This document shows positions 30,028-44,340 of a stretch of 64,000 nt of DNA, in pieces (within the stretch, counting starts at the first letter, position 1; every line of letters begins with the position of its first letter). Position numbers and translations under genes: made by a program. The stretch is from the human T2T-CHM13v2.0 reference genome, Homo sapiens, in assembly GCF_009914755.1 (NCBI RefSeq), contig NC_060944.1; one strand, 5' to 3'. Below the pieces are notes generated by a model. That model saw nothing but the letters and a program-made list of their open reading frames with translations, did not search any database and had not been told where the DNA came from.

Positions 30028-31891
30028 TAACCTTATGAATAGAAAATTCTAAAGATTCCACCAAAATACTGTTAGAACTAATAAATTCAGTAAAGTTGCA
30101 GGATACAAAATCAATATATAAAAATCAATTGTGTTTGCATACACTAACAAAATAGCATCTGAAAAAAATTAAGACAACAATCACATTTACAGTAGTATAA
30201 AAAACGGGCATACATTTAACCAAGAAGGTGAAGGATCTATACACTGAAAACTGTAAAACACTGATGAAACAAACTGAAGAAGTCACAAGTAAATGGAAAG
30301 GTAGCTCATGCTCATGAATGGGAAGAAGTAACACTGTTAAAATCTTCATACCCCCAAAGTAATCTACAGATTCAAAGAAATCCCTACCAAAATTCCAATG
30401 GCATTTTTTACAGAAATAGAAAATACAATCTTAAAATTCATATAGAACCAAAAAAGATCCCAAATAGCCAAAGCAGTTTTGAACAAGAACAAAGCTAAAT
30501 CACAATACCTGATTTAAAAATATACTACAAAGCTATAGCAATTAGAACAGCATCGTACTGACATATAAATGGGCATATTGACCAATGGAACAGAAAAGAG
30601 ATCAAGGAAATACATTGATTTACATTCAATTGATCTTTGAGAAAGGTGCCAAGAAAGGACAGTCTCTTTAATAAATGGTGTTGAGAAAACTGGATATCTA
30701 CATGTAGAAGACTGAAATTGGACCGGATCTTACACAATATACAAAAATCAATTCAAACTGAATTAAATACAAATTTATGACATTAAACTCTAAAACTACT
30801 AAAAGAAAACATAGGGAAACAGCTCCTGACATTGGTCAGGGCAAGAATTTTTTTTGGGATATGATCTCAAAGACACCAGGAACAAATTCATAATAAACAA
30901 ATGGGATTGCATCAAACTAACGAGCTTCTGCAAAGCAAAGGAAACAATAAACAGTGAAAGGACCATCTGAAGAATGGGAGACAATATCTGCAAACCATAT
31001 ATCTGATAAGAGGTTAATATCCAAAATATATAAGGAACTCACAGCACTTAATAGCAAAAGCCAAAATAACCCAAATAAAAAGTGGGCAAAGACCTGAATA
31101 GACATTGATCCAAAGAAGACATACAAATGGCCAACAGGTATATGAAAAAGTGTTTAACATCACCAATTATTGGAGAAATACAAGTCAAAAACCACAATAA
31201 AATATTACCTCTCACCTGTTAAGATGGCTATTATCTAAAAGAAGAAAGACAGCAAGTGTTGGCAAGGATGTGGAGAAAAGAAAACCCTTGTACACTGTTA
31301 GTAGGAATGTAAATTAATATAGCCATTATGGAAACCACTATGAAGCTTCTTCAAAAAAATCAACAATAAAAGTACCATAGAATTCAGGATCCCACTTCTT
31401 GATGTTTGTCCAATAAATTGAAAACAAGATTGTGAAGAGATGTTTGCATTCCCATGTTCATTACAGCACTATTCAGAATAGCCAAGCTACAGAGTCAACC
31501 TAAGTGTCCATCAACAGATAAATGGACAAAGAAAATGTGATACACAGAGACAATGAAATAATACTCAGCCTTTAAAAAGAAGGGAATTTTGTCATCTGCA
31601 ACAACATAAGATTAAACCTAGAGGAAAATGGAAGGTCATGCACAAAACGATATACTGCATGATCTCACTATGTGTGGAATCTAAAAAAAGTTGAACTCAT
31701 AGAAGCAGAAGTAGAATGGTTGCCAGAGGTTAGGGGATGGAAGAAATGAGGAGATGTTGGTCAAAGTGGACAAAATTTCAGTTATGCAAAATGAATGGGT
31801 TCTGGAGACCTAAGGTACAACATGGTAACTATAGTTAATATTACTTTATTGTATACTTGAAATTTGCTAAGACAGTAGATCTTAAAAGCTC

Positions 31892-31893
<2 letters not shown>

Positions 31894-31928
<35 letters not shown>
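31894..31928 (+). repeat. (CA)17 microsatellite in the L1 3' UTR
   Basis: Seen directly. Confidence 0.97.
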
Positions 31929-31929
<1 letters not shown>

Positions 31930-32677
31930 GGTAATTATGTGAGGTGATGAATATGTTAATTAGCTTGATCATGGTGATCATTTCACAATGTATAATATAT
32001 CAAAACATCACATTGTATACTGTAAATATATATAATTTTTATTTATCAGTTATGCCTCAATAAGGCTGAAAAAAAGGGATGATAAAAATGAGGCTGTCAT
32101 GAAAGTTGTTAGTTAATTGACATAAAATACTCTTAAGCTTTCAATAAACCTTAGCCAATGTTATTATCAATTTTTCTGAAAAGCTGAACTGAAGGAAGGT
32201 ATTTGTGTCAGCCTTTTAAATATCAAAACAGGAGAAAGAGCCTGGGAAGATCAGTTGGGAAGGCAAAGTGGCCAATATGAGGAGAAACCATGATGTTGCT
32301 TTCTGTTGTTTTTACTACTTGGTATCATTAGAAATTACATCAATTTTGGGAAAAAATTTTCAGCATGAACCATTTCAAATTTCTCCATTTTCTATGTAAC
32401 AGTCATAATTTCACTTTATGTTAAAATACAAAGATTTACTGGGAGGAGGGACGCTTGGAGAGGAGAATAAGAGAGATGGTTGAAGGCAGGGAAAGAGGGC
32501 TGGTAAGGAAAGTTACAGACATTCCATTGACTTTCTCTGTAGGGAATGCTGAGTTTGGGTTAAGGTTATATTGCCAAGGACTTACTAAGGGAGAACATGA
32601 CTTTTATAGGAGGAGACATTAGGGTTAGTTGAATTGAAAACTTTCTAAAAATGACTGCTGTTAAATTATCATTTCCT

Positions 32678-33145
32678 TTGGTCTTGGTTTCGTTTCCCCC
32701 CAAAGCAGGCCCTGAGGCAGGTACTTTGTTTGGAAGGTGACCCCAGAAAGCCAGGTGAGGGGGTGGTGAAGGGTGAGACAGAGAGGGAAGGAAGCCAATT
32801 CCGGCTACCGCTGTGGGTGGTGGGGCTCACTGTTGCTGGGGGCCTCTGGGAAACCATGTGGAACACACCTCACACATGTCAGGGAACCCTGCATATTTAT
32901 CAACTTCTGTTTCTCATTGGTTAAGAATTGCCGTGGAGGTGTTAAACCCCTAGTGCTTCTGAGCTGTCCTGGGCTGTCCTGTGCTGGACTGAGCAAACAC
33001 GTACGGCGCTAGAAAAAGCCATCAGGCTGAGAAGCAGAGGGAGGTGTCAGTGCATGAGGGGGAAGCTGCCAGCCTGCATGAAAACTGGCTGCTGCACATG
33101 GAGATGAACTCAGGTGGGCAGAGGGTACTGTGTCTACTATATCCA
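32678..33145 (-). mobile_element. LTR16-family ERVL solo LTR
   Basis: gtcttggtttcgtttcccccaaagcaggccctgaggca...ttggaaggtgaccccagaaagc...gagacagagagggaagg. Confidence 0.78.
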
Positions 33146-36100
33146 GTGACTTAAAAGAGCTAATTTTCACACAAGGGGTAAATAAATGGCAGAGATTAAA
33201 GTTAACAAACTGCTTGTTTCCTCAGTGTGAGAGAATGGTCTCCCTACACACCTTTTCTTCCTTTCCTTTTTCTTCCCTTCCTTCTTCCTTTTATAACATT
33301 ATCTTGCATTCTTTTATTACCTTTCATATATCACCTTATATTTTTAGAATTCTATATCAGGCTATTAAAGGCAGAGTCTTATATATCTACGTAATTAGCT
33401 AGCCATATCTAAAGCTAGCTAATAATAGATAACTAATAATTATGTCAAATTACAGATTTTATGCCAAGACAGAATGTTTAGAAGTTATCCTGTCTAACAT
33501 GCTTATTTTACCTCTCTGTTTGCCTTCCCAAAATGGCCCCATATATCTGCATTATCTTTTTAATTTTTGTATTGGTAGACCTCTTGAAATATGAAGAAAT
33601 TAAGGTTGCTTCTATCCAGGAGAGAAAAAACAGTACAGACAGAGTGCTTCAATAGGCCAAGAACTGGGCTTAAAATTCAAGAACAGCAAATTCTGAGCTT
33701 GGCTGTCAGGTTTAATAACTTCTGCTCCTGACACACATAATTTTGCCTCATGTCTGACAGCTCACCTCAAAACACTGATTCCGAAACTCTAATAAAAGCA
33801 ATTTTAACTTTAACTTTTGGAATAGATCATTTAAACCACCAGAGAAAAATTATCAAAACCTCATTCACATGGACAATTTTTCTCACTATGTTTGAGAAAA
33901 TTGACTTCCTTCAATTCTCAATTCATGTGATTTTCTCAGGAATAGAGTTCAGCCTAGATCAAATGAGATTGCCATTAAAGCATTTTATTCAATATTAAGC
34001 CTTTGTATTATAAAGGTGTGATAAAAATGGATCAAAAACTCTGTTTCTAAAAATTTTTCAGACTTACCTTGACTGTAACAATAGGCACCAGGAACATTGT
34101 CTTTGTTCCCTAATGTAATTTAGCACTTAGAATTGTTCTTGGCACTTAATAGATGCTCAGGAAATGATTCTTGACTAAACAATTAAATAATGAATGGCTT
34201 TTTAGTGGCTCTCAGAGAATGTGGTTCAGATAGCTATCAAGGTCTATGTTCAAATTATCATCTTACAGAACCACAGGTATTTGTCTAAGACGTGAAAGAT
34301 ATTAATTCTAGCCCCTTCTATCATGATGTATATATGTCATTCCTGTGCCCCACCCTGCCACACATACATGCTATTAAATATGCTTAGACCATCTGGGCAT
34401 ACGTCAATCATTTGGAACGTACCCCTGCCACCTGGGTAAGGTGGAGCTATCTGGAGTTCTCCAGGCCTGCATACTGATATGTCAACATTGCGGATATCTA
34501 ACAAATGTTTATTAAACGATTATGTAAATGATAAAAGTTTCAATTGTTATTTCCAGAGCTCAAAACGAGTTAAAAGCTTTATATGACATGACTCATAGGA
34601 GATACAAAGACTGCACGAACCATCGTTAGCAAAGGTCTTGCTCTGGCAAAATATCTGCGCCTATATTACATTTAATCCAGAGGCTTTTAAAAGATTTAGA
34701 TCTTTATTGCTTTTTTATGTTCTTAATAGGATCAAAAATAATTTTAGAACATACTTTGAGTTGCCTATAAATACTTTCCAGTTCATATTAACACAATACT
34801 TTTTCTTCTAGATATTTTACTTATAGACATCATTTCATTAATTTTCTAAGGATTCTGGCCTGTTTATTTTGGGGATGATAATTTCCACAGTCAACTATTT
34901 TCTGGTGAGCCTTTGGATCATCAGTTGTTTAGCTTAATAGAGAGTTAACCCATATTTAATTCACCTTACTAATTTTAAAAGAATTAGAATACAATAGAGT
35001 TTATTAAACTTTTCAAATCCTATTGAACTTCAATTGCTCTTTCTGATTGGCCCAAACAGACTCCAGGGCTGTGTCATGCCTTGGGTCATTGTTAATGCAA
35101 TAATCATGATTGCATTGCAGAAGTGTGTCTGTGTCAGCTCATAACATACCATACACACCGATTTCCACTTGTTGAATATCCAGCATGCCCAGTCTTTGGT
35201 TCTAATCAGAAGAACTATTTCCTATTCATATCTAATTGTCTTAATTGCCACTGCTTCCTATTATGCCACATAGTAGATAAGAAACACATCAGTTAAAAAT
35301 GGTCAACCTCACTGCATAATACCTAGATTACAGGCATTTTATCACAGAGCTCATATAAGGGAGGGGAATTTATTTGCTAGATTTTTTTGTGTTATAAATC
35401 CAAAGACATTTCAGGGAATGCAGGCCTAATACTAACAGCATGAGTTGTGGGGCTGCTTGTGTCTGTTTACCACACAACTATTGTCTTACTAATGTCAACT
35501 TTTAGGCAAGGAATGTGCTTTATTTGACTTACAGTTGGCAAAAAGGTGATTGTTCCAGATATGAACCCAGTGGATACTTCTCTTTCTAGCCTTGACCTAT
35601 TGAAGAAGGAAGCTACTTTTTTCAGTGAGTTACTTCAAAACCAGCAGTTGCATTTTAATAGATCATCCACATTTTGGCAGCTGAAGAATTCAGATGTTTC
35701 TGTGACTACAGAACATCTAATGTCAACTCTGTAGTTGATAGATTAATCATGGGCTGGTCTCTTGGTTTTAGTAAAAAGAATCAGATTTCCTTTCTGAAAA
35801 AAATGTTTTAGTTTATGTCCTTTCTTCTTTTTATTTTTTTTTTCTTTTCTCTAATCAGCAGATCAAAACTTTGGGCCCTTCTTAACCCTAATTCAAACAT
35901 CACTTCAGAAGTTAACACATTTGAGCTCCAAAAGCAATGCTTTTAACTTCTGTCCCATGGTCAATAAGGGGCTAAATCGATCTATAAACAGTGTCAGATG
36001 GTGTCTCACACATGGCACTTAAGAAACCTTATTCCTGATAGAGCCTTGACCTCGGGGGCCCCCCTGATCAGGAGGTCTCAGTAACACTGAACAGGGAAGC

Positions 36101-36499
36101 ATCAAAGGAAGGGCTTGTGCGGTCCCACGAGCCTGACTGCAGCTTGGACTCCACGGTGAGGTGCGACGGCCGGGAGAGGGTGTTGAAGACAGGGCAGGCA
36201 TGGTACTGACATGACTGCTGAATATTTCCAGTTGTGTTTGTTGCATGACTGAGGTTGGAAGGTTTCAGGCTCATTTTTTTCCCCTAGTAGTTCCGTTTCT
36301 CATCCTTCTTGCTTTTCAGTTTATCTAGAAGTTTTGCATTGGGAACTGATGGAGTTCAAGGATATCTTTCAAGGAAGCCAAAACAAAGCAAGCTCAGAAC
36401 TGAGGAGGCTCAACATAGTTTTTTTGGGGAGCAGCAAGATTGTCATTTGTTGAACAGAGTAGCATTTTGATCAGTAAAAATCCTGCAGAATCTATGGCA

Positions 36500-36898
36500 G
36501 ATGCTGTTGGTTTCCTGGAGGTCCCTTGCAGGCAGCTCCCCTGAACGCTGAGAGCTTCTGTGATCTCTAGGATGTGGCTGGGCTGCTCGTGGGGCATGTT
36601 AGGAAACCCAGAAGCTGAGGCCCCAGGATGGTTGTCAGTGAATGAATACCAGCTTCTTGCCCTCCAGTGTAGAATTCTGAGGTGCGTTCCCTGCGGCCTC
36701 TCAGGGGCTCCCCAGTGGGGTTGTGCCCACAGCTTCCCACAGCAACTGACTCATGAACACACTTTGTATTGGCTCTCTTTCCCTTCTCTGTCTCACTCCT
36801 CTAGTCTCCCACTTCTGCTTCCTGAGGTACTTCTCAAATAAACTACCTGTACCCACATCCTTTTCTTAGCAGCTGCTTTTGGGGAAACCCAAAGACAG
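36500..36898 (+). mobile_element. LTR16A-like ERVL solo LTR
   Basis: aattctgaggtgcgttcc...cttctcaaataaactacctgtaccc...ggggaaacccaaagaca. Confidence 0.82.
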
Positions 36899-36980
36899 AA
36901 TCAGATAAAAGTACAGTTTTTGCATCCAAAAGAATTTGAGACCTCTTGAAAGTTCTATTTTTCCACCAAGTTGATACCAC

Positions 36981-37430
36981 TGTACCTTGGTTTGGATTCC
37001 CCGATGCAAATCCTGAGATAATGATTTTGGTACAAATAGTGTATTTGGGAGGAGATTCCAGGGGGAGCAGGAAAGTGAGATAGGGAAGGGAAGGAAGAAA
37101 GAAAGTGGATGTTATCAAGCCAATCACGAGTGCGGGTAGCTACAGCCCAGTCCTGCTGAGGCACTCTGGAACTCCGTAGAACATGCCTCAGAACTGTCCT
37201 GTCCCAGAAGTGAAGAAGTTAAGATGTTGATCACCAACTCCTCATTCATCATTGATCAAGGGTTTCTCTAGGAGTACTAACTTTCCTGTGCTTCTGAGAT
37301 GCCCTGCACTCAGACTGATCATGTACTGTGGCCTGAAAAGAAGTCCTTAGGAAGAGAGTCTCATGTTTGCAGTAAGCAGCCTTTGAGAATAGAGATAAAT
37401 GCTGAGGGAATTTGGGAAGGGCACTAAAAC
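36981..37430 (-). mobile_element. LTR16-family ERVL solo LTR, tail-to-tail with the previous one
   Basis: tgtaccttggtttggattcccc...tagtgtatttgggaggagattcc...gtgagatagggaaggg. Confidence 0.78.
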
Positions 37431-38135
37431 CCCTTTTACACACTCAGAGATGCTAAAAGCCAACAAATGCATCTCTGAAATAAAATGCAAAGGAATCACT
37501 CATTCTCTCATTCAACAAATCTTTATAAAGCCCTTCCTGTGTATTTGGATAAATGTGGAGAAGATGGACTATCTGTTGCCTTGCAGGTACTCCAACACTT
37601 TTGTTCCATAAGGAGTTCCGTGCCATCCAGCACAGAGGGGAACTTTTCATCCTGATGTGGCCTCCCTAAGCCTGGTTTCTTGAATGCATGGGTTGTTATG
37701 CAGAGCGTTGGACTGAGAATTAGGAGACTTGTGTTCTGGTTCTTGTTCTGCCCTTGAAGAGCCAAATTACCTTGGAGGAGTCATCTTGCTTTCCAGGACC
37801 TTGATTTGTTCCTGTGCTTAATGACGGAGCTGGCATAGGATGCCTTCAGACCTTCCTGCCCTGAAATATGTGGCTGCAGGTCCACTTGCAGAAGTGGCTG
37901 TGGTCCCAGGGCTATTTGTGCTGTGTAGGTCAATAGCTGTGAGCAGCTTCTGGTCTGGAGGCATTTCAGGTCAAGGGATATCTGAGCTGGCAGAAAAGTT
38001 AGAGATGGAAATTAACTCTTGTAATGAATAGCAGTGAAGCTCAGGAGATGACATGACTTGTACAAGCTCACTCAGCTAAGAGGGGGCAGAATTGGAGCCA
38101 GAACCTTTTTTCCTATTATTCGATTGATGGGTCTT

Positions 38136-38545
<410 letters not shown>

Positions 38546-38839
38546 TAAACAGCACTGTTTCTGAGACAAACAGTAGACAAATGGCTAAAGAAATCCCCTT
38601 GATCCAAGCACTGTGATCATGAAATTGGAAGATATTCATGTTTAAGGGCTCAAACCAAATATCAGAGGCTCCACCTCCTTAGAAACACTCTCCTGCTGAT
38701 TTGTTCTATGTGCTGTCCAATAGAAGGCCAGTCCCATCCACAGGGATTGTTATCAAGTGGAAAAGGTGGACCAAACACCTGATAAAAAAAAAATCCAGCT
38801 CATGTACACCTCACCATGAAGCCTTGGATCTGCAGATAT

Positions 38840-39304
38840 TGATGCAGGGCTTAGCCGGGGAATGTTCTTGGCTTTGCTCAGGAAAGAATTCAAGGGTGAG
38901 TGGGTGATGTTATACAGCAACTTTTGCTGAAACAGCAATGTACAGCAGCAGAGGCACTGCTCCTTGTGGAGCAGGTATACCCCATAGGCAGTCTGCCCAG
39001 AGTAGCAGCTCAGAGGCAGTGCTGTTACTCTGGGCATATTTATACTCACTTTTAATTATATGCAAATTAAGGGGCAGATTATTCTGAGGTTTCTAGGAAA
39101 AGGGTGGTAACTTCCCAGTTGTCAGAGCCTCCTCATGGAAAAAGGCAGTAATTTCCTGCTGTTGCCATGGCAATAGTAAACTGACATGGGACACTGGTGG
39201 GTATGTCTTATGGAAAGCTGCTTTTGCCTTTTGTTTTAGCTAGTCTTCAATTTGGTCCAGTGTCCAAGCCCTGCCGCTGGAGTCAAGTCCCACCTCCTAC
39301 CTCA
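38840..39304 (-). mobile_element. ERV1-class solo LTR (MER66-like)
   Basis: tg...ca termini with perfect 4-bp TSD atat; antisense tgaggtaggaggtgggacttgactcc...ggaccaaattgaagactagctaaaac. Confidence 0.8.
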
Positions 39305-39477
39305 ATATCACCTGCATTATTTAGCTTTGGTTAATGTGTATACAAGATGGCAGTTTGATAACAGGTCTGAGCAAAGAAAGGGAAGAGAATTACAAAGAGA
39401 GGTGGAAGAATCCAGCCTTTTTAGAATGGAAAGTAATTTAGATGCAAATTTAGAAGATGACGGGAAGAGAAGTGAAG

Positions 39478-39488
39478 ATGACTCAGCA
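39478..39488 (+). promoter_or_regulatory. Perfect ARE (NRF2/BACH-sMAF) motif ATGACTCAGCA
   Basis: Exact consensus match; motif only. Confidence 0.35.
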
Positions 39489-39784
39489 CTCCTGCTTCCT
39501 GTGTCCACACAAATGGGTGTCTTGTTTTTATTCAGCAAAAGACCAGCCAGGTGATAACACCTTTGGCATTACACCGGGTTGAGTTCAGGTTGCTGATCAC
39601 AGAGTGAATGACATTAATAGACATGATATAAGCTGCTGCCTATTTTCCAGCCTGATCGTCACGTGCTGTATCATGTTCCATCTTAGCAAAATTTTAAGTG
39701 TTAGAAGAACAGCACAAGTCCACTCTTGACTCTTGTGTGGACCTACGTCACCAACTTCATTTCAGAGCTGGTCTGAAATGCAGT

Positions 39785-39895
39785 CTCAGTCCTGACCCCA
39801 GACCTACTACACTGGTAGTAGTAATTGAAAAGCAACTGTGTTTTTAACAAGATCTTCAAGTGATTTGTATAGATATTAAAATTTTGGAAGCACTG
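39785..39895. mobile_element. MER5-type fragment
   Basis: ccccagacctact...tgtgtttttaacaag...aagtgatttgtat...ggaagcactg. Confidence 0.6.
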
Positions 39896-40414
39896 TTGCT
39901 GCTCATAACAAGTGGATAATTCCTTGAGTGAAACCACTGAAAAATATTATCAGACAAAAATGAAGTACTCAAGGAGACCTTGCAAACAAGTGGAAAAACT
40001 AGATGCGATTCAAATAATCGATACAATGGTGTAATGCTTAGTTGTTGTGAGCTAATATTTAAACAACGTTAAATCAAACACATAGCTCTTAAAAAACACC
40101 TGCTTCAATTTTTTTCAAGTGTGAATGTATGGGAGGATGTTATTTATATTTATACCTTGTTTCATTCCACAAAGGATAAAGACATGTTGTTATCAGACAT
40201 AACAGTAATTACAGAGAAAAACACCACTGTTAAAGGGCTGTTGTGATTCCCCGCAGTGTCTTTAGACTGTACACTAAGTAGAAGCTTTCAGAATCATCAA
40301 ATTCCTTTTCTGTCTCTGAACCCACAGAGGTAATTGTCTGTCTTAGTTCTGAAATATCACCAGCCTTTGTTAATAGACTCTGAGATATTTGTAGTGGATG
40401 AAGGTTAAAGTTTG

Positions 40415-40727
40415 CTTTTTCTGCTTTTTTGTTTATTTCATTTTTTTTGAGACAGAGTCTCACTCCATCACTCAGGCTGGAGTGCAGTGGTGCAGTCATG
40501 CTCACTGTAACCCCAGACTCCTGGGTTCAAGTGATTCTCCTGCCTCAGCCTCCCAAGTGTCTAGGATTACAGGCAAGGACCATCAGGGCTGGCTAATTTA
40601 TTTTTATTTTGTAGAGACAGTCTTGCTATGTTGCCCAAGCTGGTCTTGAACTCCTGGCCTCAAGTGATCCTTCCACCTTTGTCTCCCAAAGTGCTCGAAT
40701 TATACCTGTGAGCTCCTGTGCTCAGAC
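40415..40727 (-). mobile_element. AluJ
   Basis: Antisense dimer, gtagagacagtcttgctatgttgccc. Confidence 0.93.
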
Positions 40728-42944
40728 TTTTTCTCTTTTAAAAAGACCATTGAAGGAATCATTTACAAAATAAATCTTGACTAATAAATTGTGTGGAGAG
40801 AGCTGGCTAAATGTCTAAAGAGAACAAATTTTGAAAAGCAATTTCAAAGACTTGAGAAGCGTCCTTTTAATAGCAGAGTTTAACAGATCAATTACAAATC
40901 ATTCTTTATATTTATTAAACCCTCACTACTTGTTATGTAGCAATAGCTTACTGATACAGAGAAGGAGTCACTAATTGGGGAGATGCTGATGCCTGGTTGC
41001 AACACAGAACTGCCACGTGCTAGAAGACAGCAAGTACAGGGTTCTATTCAGACCACTTGCTTCTCATGCTCTAGGAATGAGCGTGTGTAGGACAGGAAAG
41101 ACTCTTTCAGAGACTGTAGAGCAAGAATGGGCAAGGAAAAATCCATGGCTGAAATGAGTAAAGCCATCTCTTCTCCCATCTCATTTTCAAGAGCTTCTTG
41201 TGACCCTAAGGCTGGTGTCCTAACATTACAGAACCTCCTGCCCAGCTGTCATAAACTTCTAAACATGAGTGTGGATGAAAATATTGACAGACCTCATGGT
41301 GGGGGTTGGGTGGGGTGATGAAATTTCACTTTCCCTGAGGCATGCCAGAAGGGTGAAATAAATAATGGATTAACCTAAATTACTCTGATGAGAAAGCTTG
41401 GGTTTGGTTTTGTACCTCCCTCTTCCATTCTAGGTGGTTCTACTATAAATACCTTTATTTTTGTTTCCTTTAGGGTAGTGTTTCCAAAGAATGAAATGTG
41501 TATCCCTGATGTTACACAAAAAGAGTTTCATCTATTTAACATTTTGTTTAATAGGTTAATTAATTAGGTACTTTTTAACATTAATGTCTATTTATGACAA
41601 GGGTCACTGGTTTTCAATTTAGGGCAGAGTTTTAACATTTCTCTTTAACGATATTTAAATCAAAGTGAACTGATTTAAAAATTGCATGAAATATTGAAAC
41701 AAGCATTGATATTAGTAATAAGGATGATAAAAGAATATTCAGTTATTTAGTTGAAATAAAACAAATTTGCAGCACAAATTTGAATTAATGAGAACATATT
41801 TCTGTGCCTTATTCCTAGTAGTCTAAGGCCTTTTTATTCAAGGACATTCAGCTTCACTGGATGTTATTTAGTTGTTCACATGTCCCTGTGAGGTCAAGAT
41901 AAGACAGATAGCCGTTATCTACTGTTAGCTGTCACATGGAGAAGAAACAGACTTTCAAGGTACAAGAATTGAAGCATGTGTAGGAAGCAGAGAGGTGTCT
42001 CATCATTGCTTCAATCTTTCACTGTCACACTCTCCATCATAAGGTCAGCTGTTGAAGTTTGTAGGTGTCATGATACAGGTACAGCCTGAAGAGTATTTGG
42101 GTTGTTTGTTTCAATAGCTAAAATTCCACCATTATTGAGTCTTGAGAACCCATCTTGAAAATGTCAGTATTATGGGCAGAAAAACCTTTGCAATAAGTCA
42201 TTTGTGACCACGAGATCTGGAAGAGAACAAGCCTTCCTAGAATTATGTGCAGATGGTGGCCGAAGGAGGAGGAAGGGGTTCAGGTATGGGGAGAGAAAAG
42301 CAGCAATATACCAATGGGGGAAGGTATTGGCTGAAGTAAAGTTTAGATTTTAGTGCTCTTTTTTTATGAGCTGTGTCCACTCATGGCCAGGGTGCCACAT
42401 GGGGAATTAAAACAGAGGCCACCTGCCTTATGTGTCTTCTAGGCAACCAGATTTGGTCCCCATTTTGCTAGCTTTATCTTCCTTCCAGGCCAACTCTGGG
42501 TTAGGTTTTAAGTGGCAATCTTAGATCTGAAGGTCTGTGCCCTGGAATGTGAATAAATGAATGAAAGAACAAACAAAGTCGGTGCAATCGACACCACATT
42601 TGTCTGATAGGACCCTATTTGTTCTTACATTCATAGCGGCTAACACTGTGCTTAACACATGGTAAATACTAAGTATTTGAATGAATGAAGGTAAGAAACC
42701 CACCTATTCATAAAAACAGGGCAAGAATGACTGTATCTGAAAACTACAAGGTCGAGCTTCTCTTTTGTTAACTAATTCATTCATTCAATAAAGAATGAAA
42801 GAACTTTGTGAACCAACACCATGCTGAGAATTGGCCCTTGAGATAAAATCTGAGTTAAAATCATCACTTACTCTATGGGGGGTTGTTGAGAAAGGGCATG
42901 AGTTTAGCCATAAGGCCATACACACATACACAAAAATTTTGTGT

Positions 42945-43390
42945 ATTGTTTTGCAAAGACTTGGGTAGGGGTAGTTTGGGTACCGGTACTTGAGCCCTGG
43001 AAGACGGAGTAACGGAGCAGAGAAGAGTGAGACAGGGATAGAGAGAAAGCCAGTAAAAAGGTACACTATTGAGTTTGTTACAATTACACGGAACTAGGGA
43101 TCAGTTCTCTAGGGGATCCTTTGAGTAACCATGTGGAATGCTTTTCAGGAGTATACCCTAAAAAACTCCCCAAAGGAGTAAGGTATTTCTCCATCTACTC
43201 CCATCACCCAACGCTGAAGATTGTTCCTGAGGGATTTAATGTTCCCTCTCCCCATCTGGTGGCTGCCCCTGTGTGTGGGCTGGTGAGAAGTGTGTGGTAT
43301 GTGCTGAAGAGAGGAAGTCCTCAGCAATCATGACCCACCCCAGCTGCTGCTGAAGCTGGTGGCTAAGGAGATGTAGCAAAAGGAACTCAT
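42945..43390 (-). mobile_element. LTR16-family ERVL LTR (degraded)
   Basis: gagtgagacagggatagagagaaagccagtaaaaagg...aaccatgtggaatgc...aggtatttctccatc. Confidence 0.6.
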
Positions 43391-43661
43391 AGCCTCAACT
43401 AGAGTTTTCTTAGGGGAATTTGCCAGAGATTATTTATAAAATACCTGACATACAAAATAAAAGCAATAGGCAGTTTTCGAAGCAGATTTCAAAAAAAATT
43501 CTTCACCTAAGCAAAAATATGGAATCCATTGAAATATTTAATGGAAGGTAAAACTTTAGACAACATTAGGGTCTGTTGGCTATGACTGGGAGACACTAAA
43601 TAATTGTAACTGACAACAGAGTAAAGATAGGACACATCTGTGTCTTGGAAAAGCCCAGGAT

Positions 43662-43663
<2 letters not shown>

Positions 43664-43715
<52 letters not shown>
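43664..43715 (+). repeat. (TG)~26 microsatellite
   Basis: Seen directly. Confidence 0.98.
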
Positions 43716-43716
<1 letters not shown>

Positions 43717-43874
43717 TGGTGGGGGTAGGAGTGTCTTTCTGATTACACCTGCCACCAGTGTCTGGTTAGGGAACAAGAACAGCAGATGTTTCTTAGAAGA
43801 CGAATGAGTATGGGTCTAATAAATATCACTGCTTGAATAATAATCTATTAAAATAGTTACTATATTAGTCAGGC

Positions 43875-44340
43875 ATATTAGTTATTTCTTGCTGTGTAAC
43901 AAAGAACTCCAAAACTTAGTGACATAAAACAACCACTTATTATTTTTCATAAATCTATGGATTGGCTGGCTCGGAAGTTCTGCTGATCTGGTCTGAGTTT
44001 GGTTGATTCAGCTTGGCTTGATTTATTAACTTCTGGTCTGCTTGGACAATTCGCTCTTCTCCATGTTGTTTCTCAACCTTCAGCAGACTAGTCTGGCTTC
44101 TTCGCGTGGTGGAGTCTGAGATCTCAAAGAGTAAGCAAAAGCCTGCAAGGTCTCTTGAGGCCTAGGCTTGGAACTGGCTCTGTCACTTCTGCTACATTTC
44201 ATGTGCCAGTTCAAGACACATGGCCAAACCTAGGTCCAAGGAATGGAAAATAAACACCACCACTTGATGGAAGAAACTGCTAAATCACATTGCATGGAAG
44301 AGAAATAATTGGAGGAAATTTTGCAATCAATTTACAACAG
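43875..44340 (-). mobile_element. MLT1 (H/G-like) MaLR LTR
   Basis: tattagttatttcttgctgtgtaacaaa...aaaacttagtgacataaaacaacc...ttgcaatcaatttacaaca. Confidence 0.82.

Noticed and set aside
33394-33422. Short inverted repeat ttagctagc...gctagctaa
   Set aside because: 9-bp stem in AT-rich DNA, chance level
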